Source: a bacterium
Lineage (GTDB): Bacteria; Zixibacteria; MSB-5A5; GN15; FEB-12
Direction: 5' to 3'
NCBI GenBank assembly: GCA_043811375.1
Contig: JBDRNJ010000065.1
Location: 2,278 to 66,277 of the forward strand
Length of the DNA stretch: 64,000 bases
Shown: piece after piece, positions 26,215 to 35,840 of the stretch
Numbering within the stretch: position 1 is the stretch's first letter
How the letters are laid out: each line of letters opens with the position of its first letter
Made by a program: the position numbers and the translations under genes
Notes under the pieces: generated by a model
Told to the model about the DNA's origin: nothing
What the model saw: the letters and a program-made list of their open reading frames with translations, nothing else
Databases searched by the model: none

Positions 26215-28461
26215 ATGTTTTCATTACTGACCAGGCTGAAGCGCAAGATACTTCGACTCTTCAAGGTACAGAGCGAGAGTCGCCAGGTCCGGCAGTCGAC
26301 GGTACGATCGCGGACGATAAAGTTCTTTCTGTTGGCGCTGATCTCGGTGATGGTAGCCATCTTCTATCCCGGAGAGCAGTTGTACGATCCTCTGGATATG
26401 CCGCGGCGTGGCGAAGTTTGCCGGGAAGACATTACCGCCGCCTCTCAGATTGTGGTCTACAAAACCGAGCAGGAGCTGGCGGAAGAACGGGAGGTGGTGC
26501 GACTGTCGGTCCCGTATGTGGTCGATCACGACGCCGGCGTCAAGCGAACCGTCTTTGGGGAACTCCGCTTGTTCTTTGAGGTCATTGACTCTTTGCGAGA
26601 AAACACCGACTCGGCAACTGTCAGCCGCCCGGTATCATGGCCGGATGTGGCGGCTCGATTCCCATCGTTGGATCAGCACGCGATCAGTCAGTCCATCTGG
26701 AGAACAGACCTGATGGATGTATATACGCGGCTGCAACACATCCTGCGGGATGAAATATATCGTGTGGGTGTCCTGGCCGACCGCAGCATGTTGCCCGCTG
26801 AGGCAGGCAAAAATGTCCTTGTCCGCACCGGTGAAAGAGAGAACATCTATCCCCGGAACCGGGTGCTTGATCTGGCCCAGGCCAATGCGCACCTGCTTAC
26901 GGCAATCAACCGGCTCTCGGCCGGCGGTTCGGTTGATGCGGATTATTATTACCTGGTGGGGCGGGCCTTCATCCGACCCAGCCTGCAACCCAATCCCGAA
27001 GCCTACCGCCAACGGCTTGATGAAGAACTGGCTACCATCTCCAACGTCAAGGAAGTAGTCTATTCCGATGAGGTAATAGTCCGCTCCGGAACCAGGGTTA
27101 CCGAACGCCAGCAGCGAATCCTCCAGGAACTGGCGGTGCTGCAACGGGCCGAGGCAGAGAAAGAAAGCTGGCTTTTAGTCAGTGCTCCGGTTGTGGCTCG
27201 CCTGCTGATGGTGACCGTTTCGTTTATCGGTCTGTATCTATTGCTGTACTATTTCCGTCGCGATGTATTCAACTCCAATGCCCGGTTGCTGGCCCTGCTG
27301 CTGGTGTTCGCCTTGCAGTTGACACTGGTTTACATGGCTGATCGCTGGGATTTGTCGGTCTATCTGTTTCCGGTGGCGATTCTGCCCATGATGGTGACTA
27401 TCCTTTACGACGCCGAGGTGGGGATATTTTCGACTTTGGTGCTGGCCCTGCTGCTGGGGATGATGCATCGCTTTAATTTCTCGCTGTGCCTGATGACGGT
27501 GGCGGTAGGTATCGTAGCCTGCTTCACCTCGCAGCGAGTCCGTCGGCGTTCCCATTTCGTCAAGATCATGATTTCGGTGTCCCTGGCATATGCTGTCTTT
27601 GTACTGCTGGTGGAAAGCATGATGATGGCGCCGGGTACGGAGTTTGTCACCAATATCGGCTTCGGACTTATCAATGGCATGATCTCTGTCTTCCTGACGA
27701 TCGGTCTTCTGCCGTTGTTTGAGTCGCTTTTTGGTATTACGACCGATATCACCTTATTGGAACTGTCCGATTTGAACCACCCTCTCCTGAAACGGCTGGC
27801 TCTGGAGGCTCCGGGAACATTCCAGCACTCGCTGAACACCGGCAACCTGTGTGAAGCCGGGGCCAAGGCGATTGGCGGCAATTCGCTGCTGGCCAGAGTC
27901 GGGGCTTACTATCACGACATCGGCAAGATGGAGATTCCTGAGTATTATGTCGAAAACCAGTTAAGCCTCAAATCCAAACACGAGTCACTGACACCATCGA
28001 TGTCGGCTATCGTGCTGGCGACACACTTAAAGAAGGGGCGTGCCCTGGGTGAGGAAGCCGGTTTGCCGGACGATGTGCTCAACTTCATCGAGGAACACCA
28101 CGGCACGATGGTGATGACCTACTTCTACGACAAAGCCATCAAGCAGGGAGCGGACCCTTCCACGCGCGATAAGTATCGCTACCCGGGACCGAAACCACAG
28201 ATACGAGAGACCGGTATTGCGATGCTGGCCGACGCTGCTGAAGCAGCCAGCCGAACACTGGACAAACCCACACCGGCCCGGATTAACGGTCTTATTCAAA
28301 GGATTATCAACGATCGCTTCGAATCTGGTGAACTAAGCGAGTGCCCCTTAACGTTGCGGGATCTGGCTGGAATCAAGAACTCTTTCGCCCAGATACTGAT
28401 AGCGGCTTTTCACCAGAGAGTAGTCTACCCCACCCGGGAGAAAGCAGAGGAAGTAAACTGA
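26215..28461 (+). CDS. 7TM-receptor HD-domain phosphohydrolase (PgpH/YqfF family)
   Basis: N-terminal extracellular region, a 7-TM block (aa ~330-520), and an HD domain: HSLNTGNL...AYYHDIGK...EEHHGT. Confidence 0.85.
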   Translation: MFSLLTRLKRKILRLFKVQSESRQVRQSTVRSRTIKFFLLALISVMVAIFYPGEQLYDPLDMPRRGEVCREDITAASQIVVYKTEQELAEEREVVRLSVPYVVDHDAGVKRTVFGELRLFFEVIDSLRENTDSATVSRPVSWPDVAARFPSLDQHAISQSIWRTDLMDVYTRLQHILRDEIYRVGVLADRSMLPAEAGKNVLVRTGERENIYPRNRVLDLAQANAHLLTAINRLSAGGSVDADYYYLVGRAFIRPSLQPNPEAYRQRLDEELATISNVKEVVYSDEVIVRSGTRVTERQQRILQELAVLQRAEAEKESWLLVSAPVVARLLMVTVSFIGLYLLLYYFRRDVFNSNARLLALLLVFALQLTLVYMADRWDLSVYLFPVAILPMMVTILYDAEVGIFSTLVLALLLGMMHRFNFSLCLMTVAVGIVACFTSQRVRRRSHFVKIMISVSLAYAVFVLLVESMMMAPGTEFVTNIGFGLINGMISVFLTIGLLPLFESLFGITTDITLLELSDLNHPLLKRLALEAPGTFQHSLNTGNLCEAGAKAIGGNSLLARVGAYYHDIGKMEIPEYYVENQLSLKSKHESLTPSMSAIVLATHLKKGRALGEEAGLPDDVLNFIEEHHGTMVMTYFYDKAIKQGADPSTRDKYRYPGPKPQIRETGIAMLADAAEAASRTLDKPTPARINGLIQRIINDRFESGELSECPLTLRDLAGIKNSFAQILIAAFHQRVVYPTREKAEEVN

Positions 28462-28892
28462 TGCGACTACGCATCTTCAAACGCGTACGATTACGAGCTC
28501 CTCGTCAGAGGCTGACTCTGCTGGCCATATCCATAACCACCGCCGAAGACCGACGGTGTGGACATAAGCAGATTAATCTCATATTCACCTCCGATCAGCA
28601 CATACGTTCTCTCAACTCCCGTTTCCGAAACCGCAACCGAGTCACCGATGTTCTGTCGTTCGATCTGGGCGGTGATGTGGACAGCGATGAAGTGTTCGGT
28701 GAGATATACATCTCGGTACCGACTGCGAGACGTCAGGCAAGGCAACTGGGGGCAACGATTACCAGCGAAATACTGCGCCTGACCTGTCACGGCCTGCTGC
28801 ATTTGTTTGGCTATGATCACCGGCGACCAACCGAAGCTGCGACCATGAAAAACCGCGAAGATTATTATCTGTCCCGTCTTCAAGGCAAATGA
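28461..28892 (+). CDS. ybeY: rRNA maturation endoribonuclease YbeY
   Basis: HGLLHLFGYDH zinc motif. The ATG overlaps the pgpH stop (TGATG). The track's 28341 extension is rejected. Confidence 0.9.
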   Translation: MRLRIFKRVRLRAPRQRLTLLAISITTAEDRRCGHKQINLIFTSDQHIRSLNSRFRNRNRVTDVLSFDLGGDVDSDEVFGEIYISVPTARRQARQLGATITSEILRLTCHGLLHLFGYDHRRPTEAATMKNREDYYLSRLQGK

Positions 28893-30148
28893 CCATGCTC
28901 CTCCTGCAAACACTGTATTTGATTCTTATTGTCGTCGGGTATGTCACGGCCTACCTGGTGTCGCTGTATTCTCTGGCGGTTTACATTGATCCCGACGAGG
29001 TGGAATCGCTGTTCCCCAATATCTCAACCCGCCGCCGTCGCTTCCTGGTGAAGGTTGCCCGGGACCCGCGCGCTTTCGTACAGATAGCGGTTTTATACAA
29101 ATCGCTCATGCTGGTGGTTACGACTGTCATTACCCTGCAACTGCTGTGGTCAACGACGAACAACAGTTGGGCGCCGGTAATATTGGCTGTCTTGGTCCAG
29201 TGGCTGCTGTACATTATGATCGTTGAATTTCTGCCGCGGCGCTCGTCCCGCAAAGCGATCGATCATCGCATGGTCGGACATCTGGGGCTTATTGCATTCA
29301 TTTGGGTATTGTTGTTTCCGGTGGTCCGTGTCTATCACCGGGCACTTAAGCGGCGCAGTGAAGACAACAAGGTTTCAGAAGCTGAGAAAGATGAAATCGT
29401 GGAACGCGCCATCGAAACCCTGGCTGATCAGGCCGGTATCGGCGAAGCGATCGTTGAGGAAGACGAGAAGGAGATGATCGGCCAGATATTCCAGTTGGAC
29501 CAGACGGTGGTGCAGGAAATCATGGTACCGCGCATAGATATCGTCGGTATAGAAAAATCGATGAGCTTCATCCGCATCCGTCAACTGGTATATAATGACG
29601 GTCATTCCCGTTACCCCGTGTATGATGGCAGTATCGACAAAGTGATCGGGATAATATACGTCAAGGACCTCTTCAGCCGTATGCCGGAGCCGGGAGAAAA
29701 GTTTGTCATCACTCGCTACCTGCGCCAGCCCTACCTGGTTCCGGCCACTAAAGTTATCGGGGAACTACTGACCGAGTTCAAGGCGCGTCGTTTGCATATT
29801 GCCATAGTGGTCGATGAATACGGCGGGATCGCCGGACTGGTGACTCTGGAGGATATCATCGAGGAAATCTTCGGAGAAATCCAGGACGAACACGACTGGG
29901 AAGAATCCGACTTCACCAGGCTGTCGGACCGTTACTACCGCGTCAGCGCCGGCCTGCTGGTGGAAAAGCTCCAGGATTACCTGGACACCGAGTACGAACA
30001 AGGGGACTACGATACGGTCGGCGGGCTGATCTATGACCTGGTCGGCTCCGTTCCCAGTCAGGGGCAGATCATCCGCTGGCACGATCTGGAATTCGAGATC
30101 GAACGAGTCGAGGGGCAGCGCATACTTTACGTTAAGGTCCGTTACTAA
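28889..30148 (+). CDS. CNNM/CorC-type transporter (DUF21-CBS pair-CorC_HlyC)
   Basis: N-terminal TM helices, a CBS pair (VQEIMVPRIDIVGI..., ...IAIVVDEYGGIAGLVTLEDIIEEI), and a C-terminal CorC_HlyC domain. ATGA overlap with ybeY. Confidence 0.85.
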   Translation: MTMLLLQTLYLILIVVGYVTAYLVSLYSLAVYIDPDEVESLFPNISTRRRRFLVKVARDPRAFVQIAVLYKSLMLVVTTVITLQLLWSTTNNSWAPVILAVLVQWLLYIMIVEFLPRRSSRKAIDHRMVGHLGLIAFIWVLLFPVVRVYHRALKRRSEDNKVSEAEKDEIVERAIETLADQAGIGEAIVEEDEKEMIGQIFQLDQTVVQEIMVPRIDIVGIEKSMSFIRIRQLVYNDGHSRYPVYDGSIDKVIGIIYVKDLFSRMPEPGEKFVITRYLRQPYLVPATKVIGELLTEFKARRLHIAIVVDEYGGIAGLVTLEDIIEEIFGEIQDEHDWEESDFTRLSDRYYRVSAGLLVEKLQDYLDTEYEQGDYDTVGGLIYDLVGSVPSQGQIIRWHDLEFEIERVEGQRILYVKVRY

Positions 30149-30209
30149 AGCTGTCCGGGCGGAATTTGTCGTCTTAAACGAAATCGACCGGCCGCAGAGA
30201 ACACCCGTT

Positions 30210-33200
30210 TCAGGAAGACAATTTGCGCGGTTCACTACCGACCGCGTGGCCGACAAGTTTTGAGAAGTCGGGAAGCTGCTTGAAGTTTGCCTTCGAATCC
30301 TCGTACAGATCGGACATCTGATATTCCATCGTCCCGCAATTCACCATCATGTACGGTACTCCTGCCTTCCGGCAAGATTCGACCATCCTGAGCAACTCCA
30401 CCTTACCTGAGAACCTGGCATCACACACAACCAGGTCGACCATGCGATCGAAGTCCTCGGGCAGTTTGGTAATATCATCCACCGTGATGATCCGGGCATC
30501 GATTTCACAGGCCGCCTGGAAGTATTGACTTACGATCGACTTGTCCAGAGTAAATATGAGCACGTTCCTGACTCGACCGTCCATCTTGATCGTTTGACCG
30601 CCATCTCCTGACTCGTCCGATGGGAGCGTCAACTGAAAGGTAGTCCCGATACCCTCAATGGACTCGACGGTGAGATCGCCGCCATGTTCGCGAGCTATAT
30701 TGCGGCAAATCGCCAGTCCCATACCGGTCCCGACCAGTTCGTCCTTACCCCAGACGCCCTTGGTGGAAAAGAACGGATCGAATATCTTGCCGAGAATCCC
30801 GGTCGGAATCCCTGAACCGGTGTCGGCAACCTTGATCGCCAGGTGATCCCCGGCATTAATCACCGCGATGCTGATGACACCATCGGACTTGATGGCGTGT
30901 CGGGCGTTTATCAGAAGGTTCAACAACAGTTGTTGGATTTTGCTGGCCGACACTTCGACTTCAGGGACATCTTCGAAGTACGTCACTACCTCGATGGAGA
31001 GGTTTTTCAATTCCTTGTCCACAAAATTGACTGATTTTTGAATGATCTTGCGCACATCTTCCCTGTTGAAATCATCCACCCTGGCCTTGGAGTAACTCAA
31101 AAGAGACATGGCCACCTCATTGGCTCTCTCCCCCAATTCGACTACTTTTTCCAGTGTTTCGCCGGCCAGTTCCAGACCGCCTTCCTCCTGCAACTCACCC
31201 AGTGCAAACGAAGCGTTACCGATTATACCGGCCAGGTAATTCTTGAACTCATGAGAAATACCGGCTGCCAGCATACCGATAGCCGACATCTTGTCGGCAT
31301 CGACCAGTTTCTGCTGAGTGATAACTTCAGTAGTGATGTCCTCACCCACGGCAAGATAGTTGACTATCTCGTGGTTGTAGCCCTGGACGGGTGTGATAGT
31401 CTTGCGCTCCCAGTAGATGCTGCCGTCTTTACGTTGATTCTGCAGATTGCCGATCCAGGTTTTCCCGGTAGTAATAGTCTCCCAGAGAGACTTGTAATAC
31501 TCATTATCCTGTTTTCCTGATTTCAGGATACTGGCCGGTTGGCCCACGGCTTCGATAATGCTATATCCCGTTGTCCGACTGAACTGCGGATTGACATATT
31601 CGATGATACCGATGGGATCGGTTATAACTATCATATTGGCCGACTGGGTGACGGCCGCCGAGAGCTTGTGCAATTCCTCCTCGGCCTGCTTGCGCTCGGT
31701 GACATCCTGAATCAGCGATGCGGCTCCAATTACACGATTCTGGTCATCGACCAGAGGGGTGTTGTACCACTCACAAAGGATAGTCTTCCCACTCCTGGTG
31801 TTGTTTTCATTAGTGCTCCGGGTACCACCTTTTTGGCTGAGCAGGTCCTGCCACACCTTGTCGACATGTTCTCTGGCACTTTCGGGAACGATCAGACCTG
31901 CCGCGTGCCGGCCCAGAGCTTCTTCACAAGTGTAACCGAATATCCTTTCAGCCGCAGGATTCCACTGGGTGACCTCAAAGTCGGTGTTCCATTCGATAAC
32001 ACCGAGGGGTACCTGTTGCATATGTAGTGACAGTCTCTTTTGCGAGTCCCGTAGCGCCTCTTCGACCTTCTTGCGGTTGGTGATGTCCCTTACAATTGCC
32101 TGGAGAAATGGCTTTCCTGACAATTCGATCTTATTTAAGCTCACTTCGGCATGAAACGGCGTGCCGTCATAGCGGCAGTGCAGCCACTCAAAGCTATGAG
32201 GACCCTCTTTGAGCGCGAGGTTGATTTTCTCAATAGCTTTATCCCGCGAATCTTCCCCGTCAGGTTGCTGCGCGGGGGAAAATTGATAGGGTGGAGTGCC
32301 GATGATCTGATCTCGGGTACAGCCAAACATTTCCAGTGTCTTCGCATTACAATCAACAAACCGCTCTCCATCCATCGCAAAGATGGCGTCGCCGGCTGAT
32401 TCGAAGAGTATACGATAGCGTTCTTCGTTCTCTTTTAATTTCTCTTCGACCCGCTTGTGCTCGGTGATGTCCAGAGCGAATGCGAACAAAACCTTCTGTC
32501 CCTGGCGCATACCGCTACTCAGGCGCACAATCTTGGGGAAAACCTCACCATTTTTGCGTTTGCCCCAGAACTCGAACTGTTGTGGCTTCCCCTCAAGTGC
32601 TTTCTGGATACGCCGTTCAATCTCGGCCATATCATTTCGCCCGGGTGCCGCAAGCATCTCGGGAGTGTGTCCCAGAAACTCTTCTCGTGTGTACCCATAC
32701 ATGAGTTCGGCGCCTCGATTCACATCCAGGAAGCGTCCTTGTTCGTCATGGATGTAGATAGCGTCAATGGCTGAGTTAAACAGGTTTCTGAAGCCCTCTT
32801 CACTCTGATGAACGATCTCCTCCGCCTGCTTCCGCTCAGTGATATCTTCCGTGACCCCGACAATGCGAGAGATTTCGCCGGATTCGATCTTAACGGGATA
32901 CACGCGGTCACGTACCCAACGGATTGACCCATCTGGCCGCAGAATGCGGTACTCCTGGCTGAATGCAATCTTCCCCCTGCCGTGCTTTTCAATGTATGCG
33001 TTGACGCGCTCGCGATCCTCCGGATGGACCATCTCCATCCAGGATTGAGCACTGGCGTATGCGAACTCGACTGGTCGGCCCCATATCTGTTCGTACGCGG
33101 GGCTGACGTAGATCGCGCTGTCGTCAGAGGTATCACTGAGAAAGAAACCTACGCTGACATTATCGGTGATCTGACGCAGCTGCTCCTCACTCACCTGCAA

Positions 33201-34292
33201 CTTCTCCTCCACCCGCTTGCGCTCGGTGATGTCCCTGACGATTACTTGTACTGCGGTTGTACCACTGTATGTGATTGGAACGGCCACAACTTCGGCATCA
33301 AACGGCTCCCCGTCCAGCCGGACCATTTTCTCCTGCACCAGTTCCTGGTGTTTCCCGTCCTGCGCCATCATCTCCATTCGACGCCTGACAACCGTCTGGC
33401 TGTCCGGGTGCACAAAACCAAGTATTGGTTTGCCGACAATGTCCTCCAGCGAGCCGGCGCCAAAGAGTATCAATCCCGCTCTATTGACGTAGACCAGCTT
33501 ACCTTCGCTGTGCACGGCTATAGCATCGGGTGAGAGGTCCACCAGGCTGCGGTAACGTTCTTCACTTTGCCGCAGCGATTCTTCGGCACGTGCCCGGTCG
33601 AGTATTTCGGCCTGCATCAGCTCATTGGTCACATAGATGTTATCCAGATAGGCTTTCCGGCGCCGCTCCCACATCCAGAAGCTGCGCAGAACCAACACCA
33701 GGAGAAACAGACCGACCACTGCCATTACAAGTTGAGCGTACAGGAAGTTGCGACCGTCCCTGGCAGCCGCCCGACTGACCGACTCTTCAAAGGCATGTAC
33801 TCTCTGATGGAACTGTTCAAAGACTGAGTCGCAGTCCCCGTCCACATTGATTCCGTAACCAGAGCTGCCACCTTTCTTCAGGCGGGAGTGCAACGTGCCT
33901 GCGAACTGTGCCAGAGACTGCCGTACTTCACCGATAGCCTGACGCATTTGCTCATCCTCAGTGCCCCTGAGATTGAACCGGTCGTCCTGCCCTCCGTCGA
34001 GCATTGCCTGACTGAGCCAATCAATTCTATCCAGATGTTGCGATACAATTTCCACTGACACTGAAGTATTACCGGCAAGAATTTCCATAGCCCATAGATG
34101 CGCCAGGGTCGTCTGCTTTTCTAGTTCGTGGGCTGCCTCATTCAAAGGTCCGTAGACAACATTCATCCTCCAGCCAATGTACCAGGTATACACCAGCACA
34201 ACCATGAGCGTCAGGGCGAGACCTGCAATCAGTACCGGCAAACGCCGGGGCATCGTCACCTTAGGATGTTGCTTTTCCATCGGCTGGTTCAC
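30210..34292 (-). CDS. Membrane sensor histidine kinase with six PAS domains and a C-terminal degenerate receiver-like domain
   Basis: Two TM helices flank a ~150-aa periplasmic helical region. There are six PAS units, most ending in a DITERK-type junction motif followed by EE (variants DITEHK, DITNRK, DVTERK; the last unit ends DITTEV). H-box AAGISHEFKNYL. HATPase (NLLINARHA, DTGSGI, GTGMGL). The last ~150 aa are receiver-like (NVLIFTLD..., DLVVCDARF). Confidence 0.85.
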   Translation of the reverse strand: MNQPMEKQHPKVTMPRRLPVLIAGLALTLMVVLVYTWYIGWRMNVVYGPLNEAAHELEKQTTLAHLWAMEILAGNTSVSVEIVSQHLDRIDWLSQAMLDGGQDDRFNLRGTEDEQMRQAIGEVRQSLAQFAGTLHSRLKKGGSSGYGINVDGDCDSVFEQFHQRVHAFEESVSRAAARDGRNFLYAQLVMAVVGLFLLVLVLRSFWMWERRRKAYLDNIYVTNELMQAEILDRARAEESLRQSEERYRSLVDLSPDAIAVHSEGKLVYVNRAGLILFGAGSLEDIVGKPILGFVHPDSQTVVRRRMEMMAQDGKHQELVQEKMVRLDGEPFDAEVVAVPITYSGTTAVQVIVRDITERKRVEEKLQVSEEQLRQITDNVSVGFFLSDTSDDSAIYVSPAYEQIWGRPVEFAYASAQSWMEMVHPEDRERVNAYIEKHGRGKIAFSQEYRILRPDGSIRWVRDRVYPVKIESGEISRIVGVTEDITERKQAEEIVHQSEEGFRNLFNSAIDAIYIHDEQGRFLDVNRGAELMYGYTREEFLGHTPEMLAAPGRNDMAEIERRIQKALEGKPQQFEFWGKRKNGEVFPKIVRLSSGMRQGQKVLFAFALDITEHKRVEEKLKENEERYRILFESAGDAIFAMDGERFVDCNAKTLEMFGCTRDQIIGTPPYQFSPAQQPDGEDSRDKAIEKINLALKEGPHSFEWLHCRYDGTPFHAEVSLNKIELSGKPFLQAIVRDITNRKKVEEALRDSQKRLSLHMQQVPLGVIEWNTDFEVTQWNPAAERIFGYTCEEALGRHAAGLIVPESAREHVDKVWQDLLSQKGGTRSTNENNTRSGKTILCEWYNTPLVDDQNRVIGAASLIQDVTERKQAEEELHKLSAAVTQSANMIVITDPIGIIEYVNPQFSRTTGYSIIEAVGQPASILKSGKQDNEYYKSLWETITTGKTWIGNLQNQRKDGSIYWERKTITPVQGYNHEIVNYLAVGEDITTEVITQQKLVDADKMSAIGMLAAGISHEFKNYLAGIIGNASFALGELQEEGGLELAGETLEKVVELGERANEVAMSLLSYSKARVDDFNREDVRKIIQKSVNFVDKELKNLSIEVVTYFEDVPEVEVSASKIQQLLLNLLINARHAIKSDGVISIAVINAGDHLAIKVADTGSGIPTGILGKIFDPFFSTKGVWGKDELVGTGMGLAICRNIAREHGGDLTVESIEGIGTTFQLTLPSDESGDGGQTIKMDGRVRNVLIFTLDKSIVSQYFQAACEIDARIITVDDITKLPEDFDRMVDLVVCDARFSGKVELLRMVESCRKAGVPYMMVNCGTMEYQMSDLYEDSKANFKQLPDFSKLVGHAVGSEPRKLSS

Positions 34293-34504
34293 TATTTCGT
34301 CTCTATTGCGGATTCTTGTTTGTTCGCGATCTGGTTCAATTCAAAACCTTGTTTCAAAATGCCGCCGGGGTCAAACAAGAGTCGTGGTTGCTATGTAATT
34401 ACAGTATCGGCCGAATGGCAGGGATGCTTAATATTAAACCTGCTGTCAGACAGACAGATAGGATAGTTTTCATGGAGCCGGAAAACCGCTTCCCCAAAAA
34501 ACTT

Positions 34505-34936
34505 TCAGTGGAGTTGTTTGAGCTTCCGGCGTCTGAGGTGGCGTTTGAGGAAGATACTTCGCAGGGTGTGGGCAATTTCTACATTCTTGAACGGCTTGGT
34601 GATGAAATTGTCAGCTCCGGCCACCAGGATATCCTCTGAGTTGTGTTCACCACCGTAGCCGGTTATCAGAAGCACGGAGGTCTGAGGATACCGCGTTTTG
34701 ATCTCATCGAGTAATCCCATGCCGTCCAGTCAGTGCATCTTGATGTCACTGATAACTATGTCAAAACTGGTGCTTTTCAGTTTCTCAAGGGCATCCAATC
34801 CATTGACCGCCTCGGTGATGGACCATCCCTCCCGAGTCACTGTCTGTGCCAGGATCGCTCTTATCACCGGTTCGTCATCTACAATAAGAACTGAGCCTTT
34901 ATTGGTAATCTTATCATGGAGGGAAGATTTCGACAT
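34505..34936 (-). pseudogene. Single-domain (CheY-like) response regulator interrupted by one in-frame TGA
   Basis: SVLIVDDEPVIR...FDIVISDIKMH-TGA-LDGMGLLDEIK...VLLITGYG...FITKPF. The track ORFs 34730-34936 and 34505-34720 are in the same frame, separated only by the TGA (34732-34730) plus LDG. Confidence 0.7.
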
Positions 34937-35102
34937 TAGGTTTGTTTACCTTTGAATCTGGCATGGTCACTGCATTCTTCATGATTATCGGCATGCGAGT
35001 ATCAAATGTCAGGACGATTGAAGTCAATCGGATTCATGATCGGACAGGTAGTCCGATGAATTCGGCGGCATTTTCAAAGAGATGATTCAGGAACGGTGTG
35101 GT

Positions 35103-35363
35103 TCAGTTGCCCCCGCTGCAGTGCATGTACGTCAGGATCACCAACACCAGGGTAAATAGAACTCCGCATAAGAAACCGGTGCGGAAATTGTTGATACCGG
35201 CGAACCATGATTTCCTGCCGGATGAGAGGTCGGAGAGATCAGAGTGGCAATGCTTGCATTTGGTGGCCCCGGCCACGATGGGCTCTTTGCAGAGGGGGCA
35301 TTTGACTATTTGTTTGGGAACAACCATGACAAGGCGGCCCTCCTGCCCCGAGCGTTTGGCCAT
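35103..35363 (-). CDS. Small zinc-ribbon membrane protein
   Basis: CPLCKEPI...CKHCH (CxxC..CxxC) followed by one TM helix (FLCGVLFTLVLVILTYM). 86 aa. Confidence 0.5.
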   Translation of the reverse strand: MAKRSGQEGRLVMVVPKQIVKCPLCKEPIVAGATKCKHCHSDLSDLSSGRKSWFAGINNFRTGFLCGVLFTLVLVILTYMHCSGGN

Positions 35364-35403
35364 CCGTTTGCTTTACATCCGATCTCCCGGATGCAGTTTA
35401 GAA

Positions 35404-35664
35404 TTACCGATCGTCGTCACTGCGACCACCACGCGGCGGACGGGCTTCATCAATTCTCAGAACGCGACCTTCAAAGTCGGTACCATTCAAGGCCTCTTTG
35501 GCTTTCTGAGCTTCCTCGACGGAACTCATCTCGACAAAACCGAAACCCCGGCCTTCAATTACGTTCACGTTCTTGACCATGCCGTAACCGGAGAAGATTT
35601 CCTGGAGCTGTTCGTTTGTTACCGAGTACTTGAGGTTACCGACATAGACTTTACTATTTTCCAT
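35404..35664 (-). CDS. RRM-type RNA-binding protein
   Basis: RNP2 VYVGNL and RNP1 RGFGFVEM, with an Arg/Gly/Asp tail. ATG at 35664 with GGAG 6 nt upstream. Confidence 0.85.
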   Translation of the reverse strand: MENSKVYVGNLKYSVTNEQLQEIFSGYGMVKNVNVIEGRGFGFVEMSSVEEAQKAKEALNGTDFEGRVLRIDEARPPRGGRSDDDR

Positions 35665-35840
35665 TATGATCTCCACAACCGGATTATCATGTGTTCAATA
35701 ACGTTTAGTACGGGGGGAGAAAGAAGGTCTCGATTCCTACTCCTCCAACACGATATCATTAAACCGGGCATGTACATTCAGTTGTTATTTTCCAGTAGCT
35801 CCGGCAATGAGCAATAGCGAAAAGTGCCCGCCCATCAACA

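Noticed and set aside
34730-34732. Possibility that TGA is reassigned (code 4/25) or encodes selenocysteine in the response regulator
   Set aside because: TGA terminates treT, pgpH and ybeY (among others) at the expected protein lengths, with the next gene starting at or next to the stop. Genome-wide reassignment is therefore excluded. I could not fold a convincing SECIS-like hairpin in the ~60 nt downstream, and the position is a surface loop with no known Sec usage. It is kept as a pseudogene/readthrough question in the findings.
34959-34974. Sigma54-like motif TGGCAT-GGTCAC-TGCA with correct GG-N10-GC spacing
   Set aside because: It lies on the plus strand and points into a region where all credible genes (35103-37983) are on the minus strand. 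There is no plus-strand gene or EBP nearby, so it is most likely a chance match.
35098-35817. 239-aa plus-strand ORF spanning the zinc-ribbon gene, the RRM gene and their spacer
   Set aside because: It is antisense to two genes with clear motifs (RNP1/RNP2, CxxC pairs), crosses an intergenic region, has no RBS and has low-complexity content. It is a shadow ORF.
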